From NCBI GenBank assembly GCA_031410255.1, contig JANNYT010000162.1:8167-72166 (forward strand): a stretch of 64,000 nt of DNA, in the 5' to 3' direction. Position 1 is the first letter of the stretch, and every line of letters starts with the position of its first letter. The notes under the pieces are model-generated. The model was not told where the DNA came from, searched no databases, and saw only the letters and a list, made by a program, of their open reading frames with translations. Both the position numbers and the translations under genes were made by a program. The stretch comes from Novosphingobium sp. (GTDB taxonomy: Bacteria; Pseudomonadota; Alphaproteobacteria; Sphingomonadales; Sphingomonadaceae). Positions 40,302-48,993 of this stretch are shown here, piece by piece.

Positions 40302-40820
40302 TTATTGATATTCGACCGAGACGACGAAGCTGCCGCTGTAAACGCCGGCAGCCTGGGCCGAACCAACCGTCAGGCGTCCGCCGACGTTGAAGTTCGCTTT
40401 GCCGGTGGTTGCATTGAGCTGGAAACCGCCAACCGGATCAACGTCAAACGAATCGAGCGTCATGGTGTTGGTCGAGGTGGTCACGCCGCCCAGATACAGG
40501 GTCGATGCAGCGGTAGGCAGGGTCACGATGACCGAAGCACCCTTGCTGCCGGTGACGGTGAAGCCAGCCGGAGCGCGCGTACCGGCCCAGATGACCGAAC
40601 CGGTCTGTGAAACAGTGCTATCCCCGTGAACCGTCACGGTGCCGCCGATGTTCGCAGCAATCTGACCGAAATCGAGCGCCGAGTCGGCGGTCACGGTCAG
40701 CGACTGCAGGATCTCGGCAGTGGCAGTGGCGGTCGCCGTAGCAGCGGCCGAAGCCGCAGTTGCGAACGAGGTGGCGGCGAGAGCAGCAGCAACGGCTGCA
40801 AAGCGGAGCGACTTACGCAT
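40302..40820 (-). CDS. DUF4402 family protein, probable major pilin subunit
   Basis: Sec signal, alternating N-terminal extension ATATATATAEI, LDFG motif, C-terminal AGVYSGSFVVSVEY-Q with penultimate Tyr, no Cys. Confidence 0.78.
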   Translation of the reverse strand: MRKSLRFAAVAAALAATSFATAASAAATATATATAEILQSLTVTADSALDFGQIAANIGGTVTVHGDSTVSQTGSVIWAGTRAPAGFTVTGSKGASVIVTLPTAASTLYLGGVTTSTNTMTLDSFDVDPVGGFQLNATTGKANFNVGGRLTVGSAQAAGVYSGSFVVSVEYQ

Positions 40821-40934
40821 AATTTTCTGGTCCCTACTTTATAAATTAGCCAGCAGCGCAGGCGCTGCACCGAATGGCTGGCATACCCCCCATCCGCAGC
40901 ACCCTAAGTAGGATTACAGTGTTCAGTCTTTGCT

Positions 40935-40981
40935 TTTAGGCTTGGTTAACGCGCCAAGGCCCAATCTTAACTTTTGGCTAG
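40935..40981. promoter_or_regulatory. CtrA-like site(s) upstream of the DUF4402 gene
   Basis: TTTA-GGCTTGG-TTAAC (40935-40950), plus a second TTAAC at 40967 with a weak partner half-site. Confidence 0.45.
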
Positions 40982-40990
40982 TGAAAACCC

Positions 40991-41938
40991 CTAGATGTCA
41001 CCGCCGGTGAGGCGCTGACAGATCAGATCGAGTTGATCGAGTGTACGGTAACGGATCGTAACTGCGCCCGATCGTGGGTCCGCGTCCGTATTGATCCGCA
41101 CTGAAAGGCCTAGGAACTCCTCAAGATGGCTCTGCACCGCGGCTATATCTGCCGAGGCGGCCGGGTCGCGGTCACTGCGCGCGCGGCGCGGCGCGCTAGC
41201 AGGCGCCTGGCCGCGCCGCACCAGCCGCTCAACCTCGCGCACCGATAGTTGGCGGGCGACTGCATCAGCCGCCAGCATTAACGCGTTCTCCGCGCCGATC
41301 AGCGCGCGGGCATGCCCCATCGACAATTTGCCTTCCTCGACCAGCTCGATCACCGGCTCGGGCAAAGCCAGCAAGCGCTGGAGATTGGCAACGTGGCTGC
41401 GGCTCTTGTCGACCAGCCGGGCAATCTCGGCCTGCGTCAGCCCCTCAAGCTCGGACAAACGGTGATAGGCCCGCGCTTCTTCGATCGGGTTGAGATCTTC
41501 GCGCTGCAAATTCTCGATCAGCGCCAGAGCAGTGACTTCGCGCTCGCTCAAATTGCGGATTATCGCAGGGATTTCATGGAGTTGAGCGCGCTGCGCGGCC
41601 CGCCAGCGGCGCTCGCCAGCGACCAATTGCCACTGCCCGGATCCGTGCGGGATGACGATTACAGGCTGAATGACGCCGCGCGCGGCAATCGAAGCAGCCA
41701 GTTCATCGAGCGCGGCTTCATCAAACCGGCGGCGCGGTTGATCGGGGTGCGGGACAATCTGCGCGACGGGTAACATTGCAAGACCCGAGGTGAGCGCGGC
41801 TGTCGTGCCAGAATTCGCCGCCGACGCTGGTGTCACCAATGGTTCTTCGCGCCGCGCATCGCCCAGCAAAGCTCCCAGCCCGCGCCCCAGCGCCGGGCGT
41901 TTGGCGCTGGCAATGCGCACTACCGAATCGTCGCTCAT
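40991..41938 (-). CDS. parB: Chromosome partitioning protein ParB
   Basis: RPALGRGLGALL (ParA-binding peptide), DQPRRRF, GVIQPV, LVAGERRWRAAQ, ALIENLQREDLNPIEEA, HTH RSHVANL. Confidence 0.97.
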   Translation of the reverse strand: MSDDSVVRIASAKRPALGRGLGALLGDARREEPLVTPASAANSGTTAALTSGLAMLPVAQIVPHPDQPRRRFDEAALDELAASIAARGVIQPVIVIPHGSGQWQLVAGERRWRAAQRAQLHEIPAIIRNLSEREVTALALIENLQREDLNPIEEARAYHRLSELEGLTQAEIARLVDKSRSHVANLQRLLALPEPVIELVEEGKLSMGHARALIGAENALMLAADAVARQLSVREVERLVRRGQAPASAPRRARSDRDPAASADIAAVQSHLEEFLGLSVRINTDADPRSGAVTIRYRTLDQLDLICQRLTGGDI

Positions 41939-42711
41939 GCCGCTTTCCTTTGTTCGGGGAGCCTGGTGATTAGTTCGCGCGCCAAGGCCATGTAGGCTCG
42001 ACTGCCCGAGCAAGTGTGATCGTAAACCAATGCTGGCAACCCGTGGCTGGGTGCTTCAGACAGCTTCACATTGCGCGGGATCACTGCATCAAACACCAGC
42101 TTGCCGAGGCACGAGCGGACATCATCGGCCACCTGATCGGTCAGGCGATTGCGGCGATCAAACATGGTTAGGGCAATTCCGACAATACCCAGATCGGGAT
42201 TGAACCGCTGCTGGACCCGCTCAACTGTCTGCAACAATTGCGACAATCCTTCGAGCGCGAAGAATTCACACTGCAGCGGCACCAGCAAGGTATCGGCGGC
42301 GCACAAGGCGTTGAGCGTCAGCAGGCCCAGCGAGGGCGGGCAATCGATAAAGGCGATGTCGTAGCCGTGCTCCCCGGCGAGCGCAGTGCGCATCCGGTCG
42401 GTGCGGTTTTCAACCCCGACGAGCTCAATCTCAGCGCCTGAAAGATCAACCGTGGCCGGAATAATGTCGAGGCCGGGAATGCGGGTTGGCATGGTGCACT
42501 GGGCAAGTGGCAACTGATCGACCAGCAAATCATAAGTCGATGCCGCGCGGTCAGCCGCAGCTATGCCAATCCCTGTGGAGGCGTTGCCCTGCGGATCAAG
42601 ATCGATCAGCAGCACTTTCCAGCCGGTCGCGGCCATCGCGGTGGCGATGTTGATCGCAGTGGTGGTTTTACCCACTCCGCCCTTCTGGTTGGCGATCGCC
42701 ACGCGAATCAC
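41935..42711 (-). CDS. parA: Chromosome partitioning ATPase ParA
   Basis: NQKGGVGKTTT, DLDPQGNAS, IDCPPSLGLLTLNAL, PLQCEFFALEGL, IPRNVKLSEAPS. Confidence 0.97.
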   Translation of the reverse strand: MIRVAIANQKGGVGKTTTAINIATAMAATGWKVLLIDLDPQGNASTGIGIAAADRAASTYDLLVDQLPLAQCTMPTRIPGLDIIPATVDLSGAEIELVGVENRTDRMRTALAGEHGYDIAFIDCPPSLGLLTLNALCAADTLLVPLQCEFFALEGLSQLLQTVERVQQRFNPDLGIVGIALTMFDRRNRLTDQVADDVRSCLGKLVFDAVIPRNVKLSEAPSHGLPALVYDHTCSGSRAYMALARELITRLPEQRKAA

Positions 42712-43352
42712 GGCTTTTTCCCCTTATTTTCCGCCAGTTGGCCGACTATCATCCCGGCATCGGCATCGCTGAGCGATTGTTCCACGTGGAACATATGCTT
42801 GCGGCCGGTCAGGTCCAACAGTTCCTGCCGGGCTGAACGCCCTTTCGGCAACAGCCAAGTGGTATCGACTGTGGAAAATCGTGCGGACAAATCGAGCAAT
42901 TTGGGCAGCGGAGCGAAGGCCCGTGCCGAAATGACCCGGAATGGTCGCGATGGAATCAATTCAAGCCGCGCGATCAACACTTCGGCTTTCTCGAGTCCCA
43001 ACGCCAGCCGGGCTCGTTCAAGCCATTCTCCGCGGCGCGCCCGCGACTCGACCATCGTCACCGCCGCTTCGGGCCGCAGCGCCGCAATAACCAGCCCAGG
43101 AAAGCCTGCGCCGGTGCCCAAATCGAGCCACGGCGAGGTTGTTTCACGTGGAACATGCAACAACAGCTGCGCCGAATCGGCAACGTGGCGTAGCCAGACC
43201 GCCGCCATGCTCGCTGCCGATACGAGGTTCTGACGCAGGCTCTCCTTTGCCAACAGCGCAACCAGAGTTTCAAGCCGCTCGCGCGCCGTTGCATCCCACT
43301 CGGGTAAGGTCTCTAGCCAGGCGCGTGCCTCGGCCTCGGAGGTCAGCTTCAT
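42708..43352 (-). CDS. rsmG: 16S rRNA m7G527 methyltransferase (GidB)
   Basis: [38 protein letters not shown]. Confidence 0.95.
   Translation of the reverse strand: MKLTSEAEARAWLETLPEWDATARERLETLVALLAKESLRQNLVSAASMAAVWLRHVADSAQLLLHVPRETTSPWLDLGTGAGFPGLVIAALRPEAAVTMVESRARRGEWLERARLALGLEKAEVLIARLELIPSRPFRVISARAFAPLPKLLDLSARFSTVDTTWLLPKGRSARQELLDLTGRKHMFHVEQSLSDADAGMIVGQLAENKGKKP
42778..42793. promoter_or_regulatory. parS centromere site (inside rsmG)
   Basis: TGTTCCACGTGGAACA, perfect 16-bp palindrome. Confidence 0.9.
43140..43155. promoter_or_regulatory. parS centromere site (inside rsmG)
   Basis: TGTTTCACGTGGAACA; its reverse complement matches TGTTNCACGTGAAACA. Confidence 0.9.
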
Positions 43353-45196
43353 GCGGCCCGCCTGCGGGCGTACACCAGTAGCGCCGCCAGCGCTGCCGGG
43401 GTGATCCCGGACACACGGCCCGCCGCGGCAAGCGAGGAAGGTCGGGCGCGGTTGAGACGTTCGACCATCTCACGCGACAAGCCGGGGATCGCTGCATAGG
43501 GAAAGTCGTCTCCCAACGGCAAAGCTTCACCCGCGCGGAGATCGTTGAGTTCGCTCTCTTGCCGCGCCAGATAGGGTGCATATGCGGCGTCTTCGGCCAG
43601 CTCAGCCAACAGTTCCGGATCGCCCAGCGCTGCCTCACCCAGCCACGGCGCAAGTTGAGCCAGCCCAACCCCGCCAAACCGAAGCCACTCGCGCAGCGGT
43701 AACCGGCCAGTCTCTGGGCGAACCGGCAATCCTGCGCTGGCCAACTCGCCGCTCGCCACACTGGCATCGAGCGCAAGGTCGAGCGCAGCGCGCTGCGCTT
43801 CACGCCGCGCAAACCATTCGGCTCGCTCCGGCCCAATGCAGCCAGCGGCCAAGGCCAGTGGGGTCAGGCGGGTCGAAGCATTGTTGGCGCGCAACCGCAA
43901 CCGGTACTCCGCCCGCGCGGTCAGCATACGGTAGGGTTCGGACACGCCGTGCAAAGTCAGATCGTCGACCATTACCGCCATATAGCTATTGGCCCGGTCC
44001 AGCGTCGCCGCCTCGCAGCCCAGCACCGCGGCGGCGGCATGCATGCCGGCGACCAGGCCTTGCGCGGCGGCTTCCTCGTAACCAGTGGTGCCGTTGATCT
44101 GCCCGGCACACCACAGCCCCGGCAAGGCGCGCAGTTCCAGCGTGGGGCGCAGCGCGCGCGGATCGATGTGATCATACTCGACCGCATAGCCCGGCATCGC
44201 CATTTCGACCGCATGAAGGCCGTCCATCGTGCGCAGCATCTGCAGCTGCACATCGGCCGGCAACGAGGTGCTGATACCGTTGGGGTAGACCAGCGGCGTA
44301 TCCAGCCCCTCCGGTTCAAGGAAGACCTGATGGCCATCGCGGTCGGCAAAGCGATGAATCTTGTCTTCGATCGACGGGCAGTAGCGCGGCCCCGCTGCCC
44401 CGATAGCGCCCGAAAACAGCGGTGAGCGATGGAGGTTGGCGCGGATCACATCGTGACTTGCGGGATTGGTGCGGGTGATCGCGCAGAACACCTGCGGCAG
44501 CACTCGGCCCGGCCCGAGTGCCGACATGGCCCATGGTTGAGTGTCCGAAGGCTGCTCATCCAGTTGCGCCCAGTCGATCGTGCGGCCATCAAGCCGAGGC
44601 GGCGTCCCGGTCTTGAGTCGCGCCATCGGAAGGTCGGCGCCGCGCAGCTGCTCGGCCAGCCGCTGCGCCGAGGCTTCACCAATCCGCCCGCCGGTCAGTC
44701 GCTCCTCACCGCGATACAGCACCCCGCCCAGGAATGTGCCGGTGCACAGCACAACAGCGGGGGCTTCCAGCTCGGTCTGATCGCCCAACACTACGCCCTG
44801 CACGCGCCCACCGCACAGCCGTAAAGCAGCGGCTTCGCCCTGCACCAGCGTAAGATCGCCTTGTCGCGCCAGCAAGGTCTGAACCGCCGCCTTGAAGCGC
44901 TTTCGATCAGCCTGGACACGCGGCCCCTGAACGGCGCTGCCCTTCGAGCGGTTGAGCATGCGATAGTGGATTGCCCCGGCGTCAGCGGCGCGGGCGATGA
45001 TTCCGTCGAAGGCATCGACTTCGCGCACGAGATGCCCTTTGCCCAGTCCGCCGATCGCCGGATTGCAGCTCATCGCGCCAATCGCATCGAGATCGAAGCT
45101 GACCAGCGCGACATGCGCGCCCATCCGCGCGGCTACCGCCGCAGCTTCCACCCCGGCATGGCCTCCGCCGACAACGATGACATCAAAGCGCTGCAT
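43349..45196 (-). CDS. mnmG: tRNA uridine-5-carboxymethylaminomethyl modification enzyme MnmG (GidA)
   Basis: [65 protein letters not shown]. Confidence 0.98.
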   Translation of the reverse strand: MQRFDVIVVGGGHAGVEAAAVAARMGAHVALVSFDLDAIGAMSCNPAIGGLGKGHLVREVDAFDGIIARAADAGAIHYRMLNRSKGSAVQGPRVQADRKRFKAAVQTLLARQGDLTLVQGEAAALRLCGGRVQGVVLGDQTELEAPAVVLCTGTFLGGVLYRGEERLTGGRIGEASAQRLAEQLRGADLPMARLKTGTPPRLDGRTIDWAQLDEQPSDTQPWAMSALGPGRVLPQVFCAITRTNPASHDVIRANLHRSPLFSGAIGAAGPRYCPSIEDKIHRFADRDGHQVFLEPEGLDTPLVYPNGISTSLPADVQLQMLRTMDGLHAVEMAMPGYAVEYDHIDPRALRPTLELRALPGLWCAGQINGTTGYEEAAAQGLVAGMHAAAAVLGCEAATLDRANSYMAVMVDDLTLHGVSEPYRMLTARAEYRLRLRANNASTRLTPLALAAGCIGPERAEWFARREAQRAALDLALDASVASGELASAGLPVRPETGRLPLREWLRFGGVGLAQLAPWLGEAALGDPELLAELAEDAAYAPYLARQESELNDLRAGEALPLGDDFPYAAIPGLSREMVERLNRARPSSLAAAGRVSGITPAALAALLVYARRRAA

Positions 45197-45219
45197 ACTC
45201 GCGCGCCTTAGCCGATCAA

Positions 45220-45235
45220 TGTTCCACGTGAAACA
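45220..45235. promoter_or_regulatory. parS centromere site (mnmE-mnmG intergenic)
   Basis: TGTTCCACGTGAAACA, abutting the mnmE stop codon. Confidence 0.92.
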
Positions 45236-46513
45236 TCATTTGCCGATGCAGAACCGTCCGAACAACGCATCGAGCATATCTTCGGTCGTCGTCCGGCCCA
45301 GCAAACCATCAAACGACACCCGCGCCAGCCGCAGCGCTTCAGCCATCAGCAGCGGATCGTGCTCATGCCGGGCGAGGCCGAGCGAACGCGCCGCATCGCG
45401 CAACAGCGCATGCTGCCGCTCATTCAGTGCGGCATCGCCCGGTTTGGGCAGCGCAGCCCGTGCTGTTGCGATCAGATCTGCGCGCAGTGCCGCAATCCCT
45501 TCGCCGCTGACCGCCGAGATCCGGTGCCGCAACGCTTCCTTGGCCGCTGTATCGGGCCGGTCGCATTGCGAGACAATTTCCCATGCGCCATCCGGCCCCT
45601 GCCCTTCCGGACCCAGCCACAATACCAGATCAGCCCGATCGAGCGCTTCCATCGCGCGCTCGATCCCGATCGCTTCAACTTCATCGCCCGCTGCATCGTG
45701 CAGCCCGGCGGTATCAGCAAACAGGAATGGCACCCCGGCATAGGCCACCGGCCGGGTCAGCACATCGCGGGTAGTACCTGGAATGGGCGTGGCAATCGCC
45801 GCCTCCGCTTCAACCAAGACATTGAAAAGCGTGCTTTTACCAGCGTTTGGTGGCCCGGCAATCACAACGCGATAGCCTTCGCGCAGCGCCTCGGCCCTTG
45901 GCCGCGCAAGCCAGATCGCCAGCTCCTGCTCGAGCACCTGAATACGCACCGCAAAGTCCGCTGGAAGCGTGGCGACATCATCCTCATCGCCAAAATCGAG
46001 CACCGCTTCGAGCGCGGCGGATTGCAGCAGCAAGCGGTCGCGCCAGTCCTGCACTTTTCGGGACAATGCCCCTCCCGCCATCGCTATGGCAGATTGGCGC
46101 TGCAATTCGGTTTCGGCACTGAGCAGATCGGCCAGTCCTTCGGCTTCGGCCAGATCAATCCGGCCATTGGCAAAGGCGCGGCGGGTAAATTCTCCCGGCT
46201 CGGCAGCGCGCAGCCCCGGCACCGCCGCCAAAGCCGCCTGCACCGCGCCGATCACCGCGCGTCCGCCGTGACAGTGCAGCTCGAGCACGTCCTCTCCGGT
46301 CGCGGTGCCCGGCCCCGGTAGCCACAAGGCCAGCGCCTGATCGAGCACATTACCGGACCCGTCGCGCAAAGCCGCACTGGTTGCATGGCGCGGAGCCAGC
46401 TGCTTGCCGATCAGGGCCAGCATAGCTACGCCCGCCGCAGGTCCGCTGACGCGAATCACTGCAATCGCGGCCGGGGGGGCACCGCTCGACAAGGCAAAAA
46501 TGGTATCAATCAT
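45236..46513 (-). CDS. mnmE: tRNA modification GTPase MnmE (TrmE)
   Basis: DTIFALSSG, TGEDVLELHCHGG, GPPNAGKSTL, PGTTRD, DTAGL, FGRFCIGK. Confidence 0.97.
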   Translation of the reverse strand: MIDTIFALSSGAPPAAIAVIRVSGPAAGVAMLALIGKQLAPRHATSAALRDGSGNVLDQALALWLPGPGTATGEDVLELHCHGGRAVIGAVQAALAAVPGLRAAEPGEFTRRAFANGRIDLAEAEGLADLLSAETELQRQSAIAMAGGALSRKVQDWRDRLLLQSAALEAVLDFGDEDDVATLPADFAVRIQVLEQELAIWLARPRAEALREGYRVVIAGPPNAGKSTLFNVLVEAEAAIATPIPGTTRDVLTRPVAYAGVPFLFADTAGLHDAAGDEVEAIGIERAMEALDRADLVLWLGPEGQGPDGAWEIVSQCDRPDTAAKEALRHRISAVSGEGIAALRADLIATARAALPKPGDAALNERQHALLRDAARSLGLARHEHDPLLMAEALRLARVSFDGLLGRTTTEDMLDALFGRFCIGK

Positions 46514-46526
46514 GGCCGTTCGGCGG

Positions 46527-46787
46527 TTATTCCGGGCTCTTCTTCTTGCCGGCTCCGGCGGAAAACGCGGCACCACTTTCCATAAATTGCTGGAACAGCT
46601 TGAGCCCCATCTGGCCCATCGGCGCGATCCCCTTGGCAAAATCCTGCACCTGATCGAGGTTGCCGGCGCCTTTCATGGCCTTGGAAATCGCCTCGACATA
46701 GATGCCATTGGCCTTGGCGACATCGGGCAGGCCCAGAAAGGTCCGTGCTTCCTCAGGCGTGCACTCAATCTCGACATTTACTTTCAT
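46527..46787 (-). CDS. DUF6489 family small protein
   Basis: MKVNVEIECTPEEARTFLGLPDV signature; AGGAG SD; directly upstream of mnmE. Confidence 0.8.
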   Translation of the reverse strand: MKVNVEIECTPEEARTFLGLPDVAKANGIYVEAISKAMKGAGNLDQVQDFAKGIAPMGQMGLKLFQQFMESGAAFSAGAGKKKSPE

Positions 46788-46895
46788 GGCTGTGCTCCTC
46801 GGCGCGACCAGTCCTCGCGAAGGCCAAGCTGGCATAGCCCCTTCACAAAGTCCACGCCGCGCTTAGGGTGGCGGCACAACTTGGAGCCGACTTGC

Positions 46896-47591
46896 ATGAC
46901 CGAAACCGTTCAGATCCCCGCTTACGATGGCAGCGGCACCGTGCCGATTTATCTCGCCCGGCCCACGGGCACGCCCACCGCCGCGATCATCGTGATCCCT
47001 GAGATTTTCGGGGTCAACGCCGGGATCCGCCAGAAATGCGACAAGTGGGCGCAGGCGGGCTACCTTGCGGTTGCGCCCGATATCTTCTGGCGCTTCGCCC
47101 CCGGGGTCGAACTCGATCCCGATGTGCCCGCGCAGCTGCAAGAGGCGTTCGGCTATTTCCAGCGCTATGACGCAGCTGACGGGGTTTACGACATCGAAGC
47201 GGTGATCAAGTGGCTGCACGGCCAAGGCGTGGGCAAAGTTGGCTGCGCGGGTTACTGCCTGGGCGGAAGGCTGGCCTACATGGCGGCGGCGCGCACCGAT
47301 ATTGATGCGTCAGTCGGCTATTACGGGGTGATGATCGACCAGATGCTGGACGAAGCGCACCATATCGCACGGCCGCTGATGCTGCATATCCCGACCGCCG
47401 ACCACCTCGTCGGGGCCGAAGCGCAGGCGGCGATCCACGCCGGGCTGGACGATCACCCGCGCGTGACGCTGCACGATTACCCCGGGCTCGACCACGGCTT
47501 CGCCGCCGAGCAGGGCGATCGCCGCGATGAAGCCGGCGCGCAGTTGGCGGATAGCCGCACCGTAGAATTCATGAAGGAGCAGCTGGCATGA
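46896..47591 (+). CDS. Dienelactone hydrolase family protein
   Basis: IPEIFGVN, nucleophile elbow GYCLGG, DASVGYYG, YPGLDHGF. The track ORF's upstream extension (46404) is spurious. Confidence 0.93.
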   Translation: MTETVQIPAYDGSGTVPIYLARPTGTPTAAIIVIPEIFGVNAGIRQKCDKWAQAGYLAVAPDIFWRFAPGVELDPDVPAQLQEAFGYFQRYDAADGVYDIEAVIKWLHGQGVGKVGCAGYCLGGRLAYMAAARTDIDASVGYYGVMIDQMLDEAHHIARPLMLHIPTADHLVGAEAQAAIHAGLDDHPRVTLHDYPGLDHGFAAEQGDRRDEAGAQLADSRTVEFMKEQLA

Positions 47592-48004
47592 GCGGCGGAC
47601 AAATCGGCCTGACCAAGTGGCACGAATACATGCACAGCAACGGCGATCTGGCACTGCTGGGCGCGATGGTGGCCGATGATGCGGTGTTCCACTCGCCCGT
47701 GGTCCACACCCCGCAGCTGGGCAAGGCCAAGGTCATGACCTACCTCGGCGCGGCCGCGCAGGTGCTTGGCGGCGAAGGTTTCGCCTACGTCCGCGAGCTG
47801 GTCGACGGCAATCAGGTGCTGCTCGAGTTCACCAACCAGCTCGATGGCATTCACGTCAACGGGATCGACCTGATCGAGTTTGACGAAGCAGGAATGATAA
47901 ATGACTTCAAAGTGATGGTCCGCCCGATGAAGGCCATGAACAAGCTGTGGGAATTGATGGCGGCGCAGCTGGAAGCGGCTAAGTCTGCTGCTGTGGTCAA
48001 ATAA
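47588..48004 (+). CDS. NTF2-like / SnoaL-like protein
   Basis: DDAVFHSPVVHTPQ.G, VNGIDLIEFDEAGMINDFKVMVRP; ATGA overlap with the hydrolase gene. Confidence 0.85.
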   Translation: MSGGQIGLTKWHEYMHSNGDLALLGAMVADDAVFHSPVVHTPQLGKAKVMTYLGAAAQVLGGEGFAYVRELVDGNQVLLEFTNQLDGIHVNGIDLIEFDEAGMINDFKVMVRPMKAMNKLWELMAAQLEAAKSAAVVK

Positions 48005-48423
48005 TAGTCGCCGCGTCCTTGCGGGTTTACGGGCAAACCAAGCACACCCAGCGGCGATAGAAAAATTGCCGCGAATGGCAAGGAACCAAATGCCCATGCG
48101 AGCGCCGCGCTTGCCGCATAGACCGATGTCCAGAGCGCCGCCGCGACGAGCACCGCCCGCCTTGCGCCGTAGCTGAAGGTCCAATCCTGCCCACCCAAAA
48201 CTTCGCGAATCAGTTCGCTGGCCGCGTGATGCTGGCTGGCTGGTACCCAGAAGCGATGACCGCCAAGCGCGAGTGAATTTACCGCGACCGAAGCGTGAGC
48301 CGCGCCCCCGACCGCCACGATAATTCCGCCAGCTTCGAGCATCGAGGCGAGCACCAGTGCTTCAACCCGCGAAACCAGCGCGGCGATGATGACCATTGCG
48401 TCGTCGTCTTGACCGCGTTCCAT
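47851..48423 (-). CDS. Hypothetical membrane protein (DUF2007-like N-terminus, two TM helices)
   Basis: EALVLASMLEAGGI..VPASQHHAASELI pattern then hydrophobic helices. The last about 50 codons overlap the NTF2 gene on the opposite strand. Confidence 0.55.
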   Translation of the reverse strand: MERGQDDDAMVIIAALVSRVEALVLASMLEAGGIIVAVGGAAHASVAVNSLALGGHRFWVPASQHHAASELIREVLGGQDWTFSYGARRAVLVAAALWTSVYAASAALAWAFGSLPFAAIFLSPLGVLGLPVNPQGRGDYYLTTAADLAASSCAAINSHSLFMAFIGRTITLKSFIIPASSNSIRSIPLT

Positions 48424-48432
48424 TCATCTCCC

Positions 48433-48981
48433 TCAAGCGGACGGATTATCCAACTGTTTGCGCAAGAACGCCAGCCGCTCATCAACCCCAACCAACGGCA
48501 GATCGATCGGGTCGTAGCCATAGCGGCGCCAGGCGGCGGTAACTGCCTCGTCGCTGGCGACTGCTTGGTCCCAAGTCTGAATCCGCTGCTCATCCTGCTG
48601 ATAAATTGCCGCCCAGGCCGGCGCGCGCAGGACCGGGCCGTGGTAGCGCAGGGTGCGGCAGGCCTGATCGACCGCTTTAGGCACGGTGAGCCCAGAAACG
48701 TCGAGGAACCCCACTACATCGGGGAACCCGCGATCGAACAGCACTGGGTTTGGTTGTTCGGAGAATCGCTCCAGTTCGCGCCGGTGCGCCTCGAGCATGG
48801 CTTCGGCGAAGCCTTGCGGGTCGGTCTGACGCAATTCCATCCCGCCGGGCTGCTGAAGCAGGTGGCGGGCAACTTCGGGGGAGGTGATCAGACCGGCGGC
48901 CGCAGCTGCATCGAGCAAAGTGGTCTTGCCCGCCCCCGGCGCGCCGGTCAGAACCGCGCGGCGGGGGAGGAGCAGAGCCAA
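48433..48981 (-). CDS. AAA_28 / NadR-like P-loop ATPase or kinase
   Basis: VLTGAPGAGKTTLL, FDRGFPD, IYQQDEQR, YGY..LPLVGVDER. Confidence 0.8.
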   Translation of the reverse strand: MALLLPRRAVLTGAPGAGKTTLLDAAAAAGLITSPEVARHLLQQPGGMELRQTDPQGFAEAMLEAHRRELERFSEQPNPVLFDRGFPDVVGFLDVSGLTVPKAVDQACRTLRYHGPVLRAPAWAAIYQQDEQRIQTWDQAVASDEAVTAAWRRYGYDPIDLPLVGVDERLAFLRKQLDNPSA

Positions 48982-48993
48982 AACCGCTAAGCC

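Noticed and set aside
40720-40800. Ala/Thr low-complexity run at the DUF4402 N-terminus as a tandem DNA repeat or phase-variable tract
   Set aside because: Codons vary (GCT/GCG/GCC, ACG/ACC/ACT), so the periodicity is at protein level, not a slippage-prone repeat.
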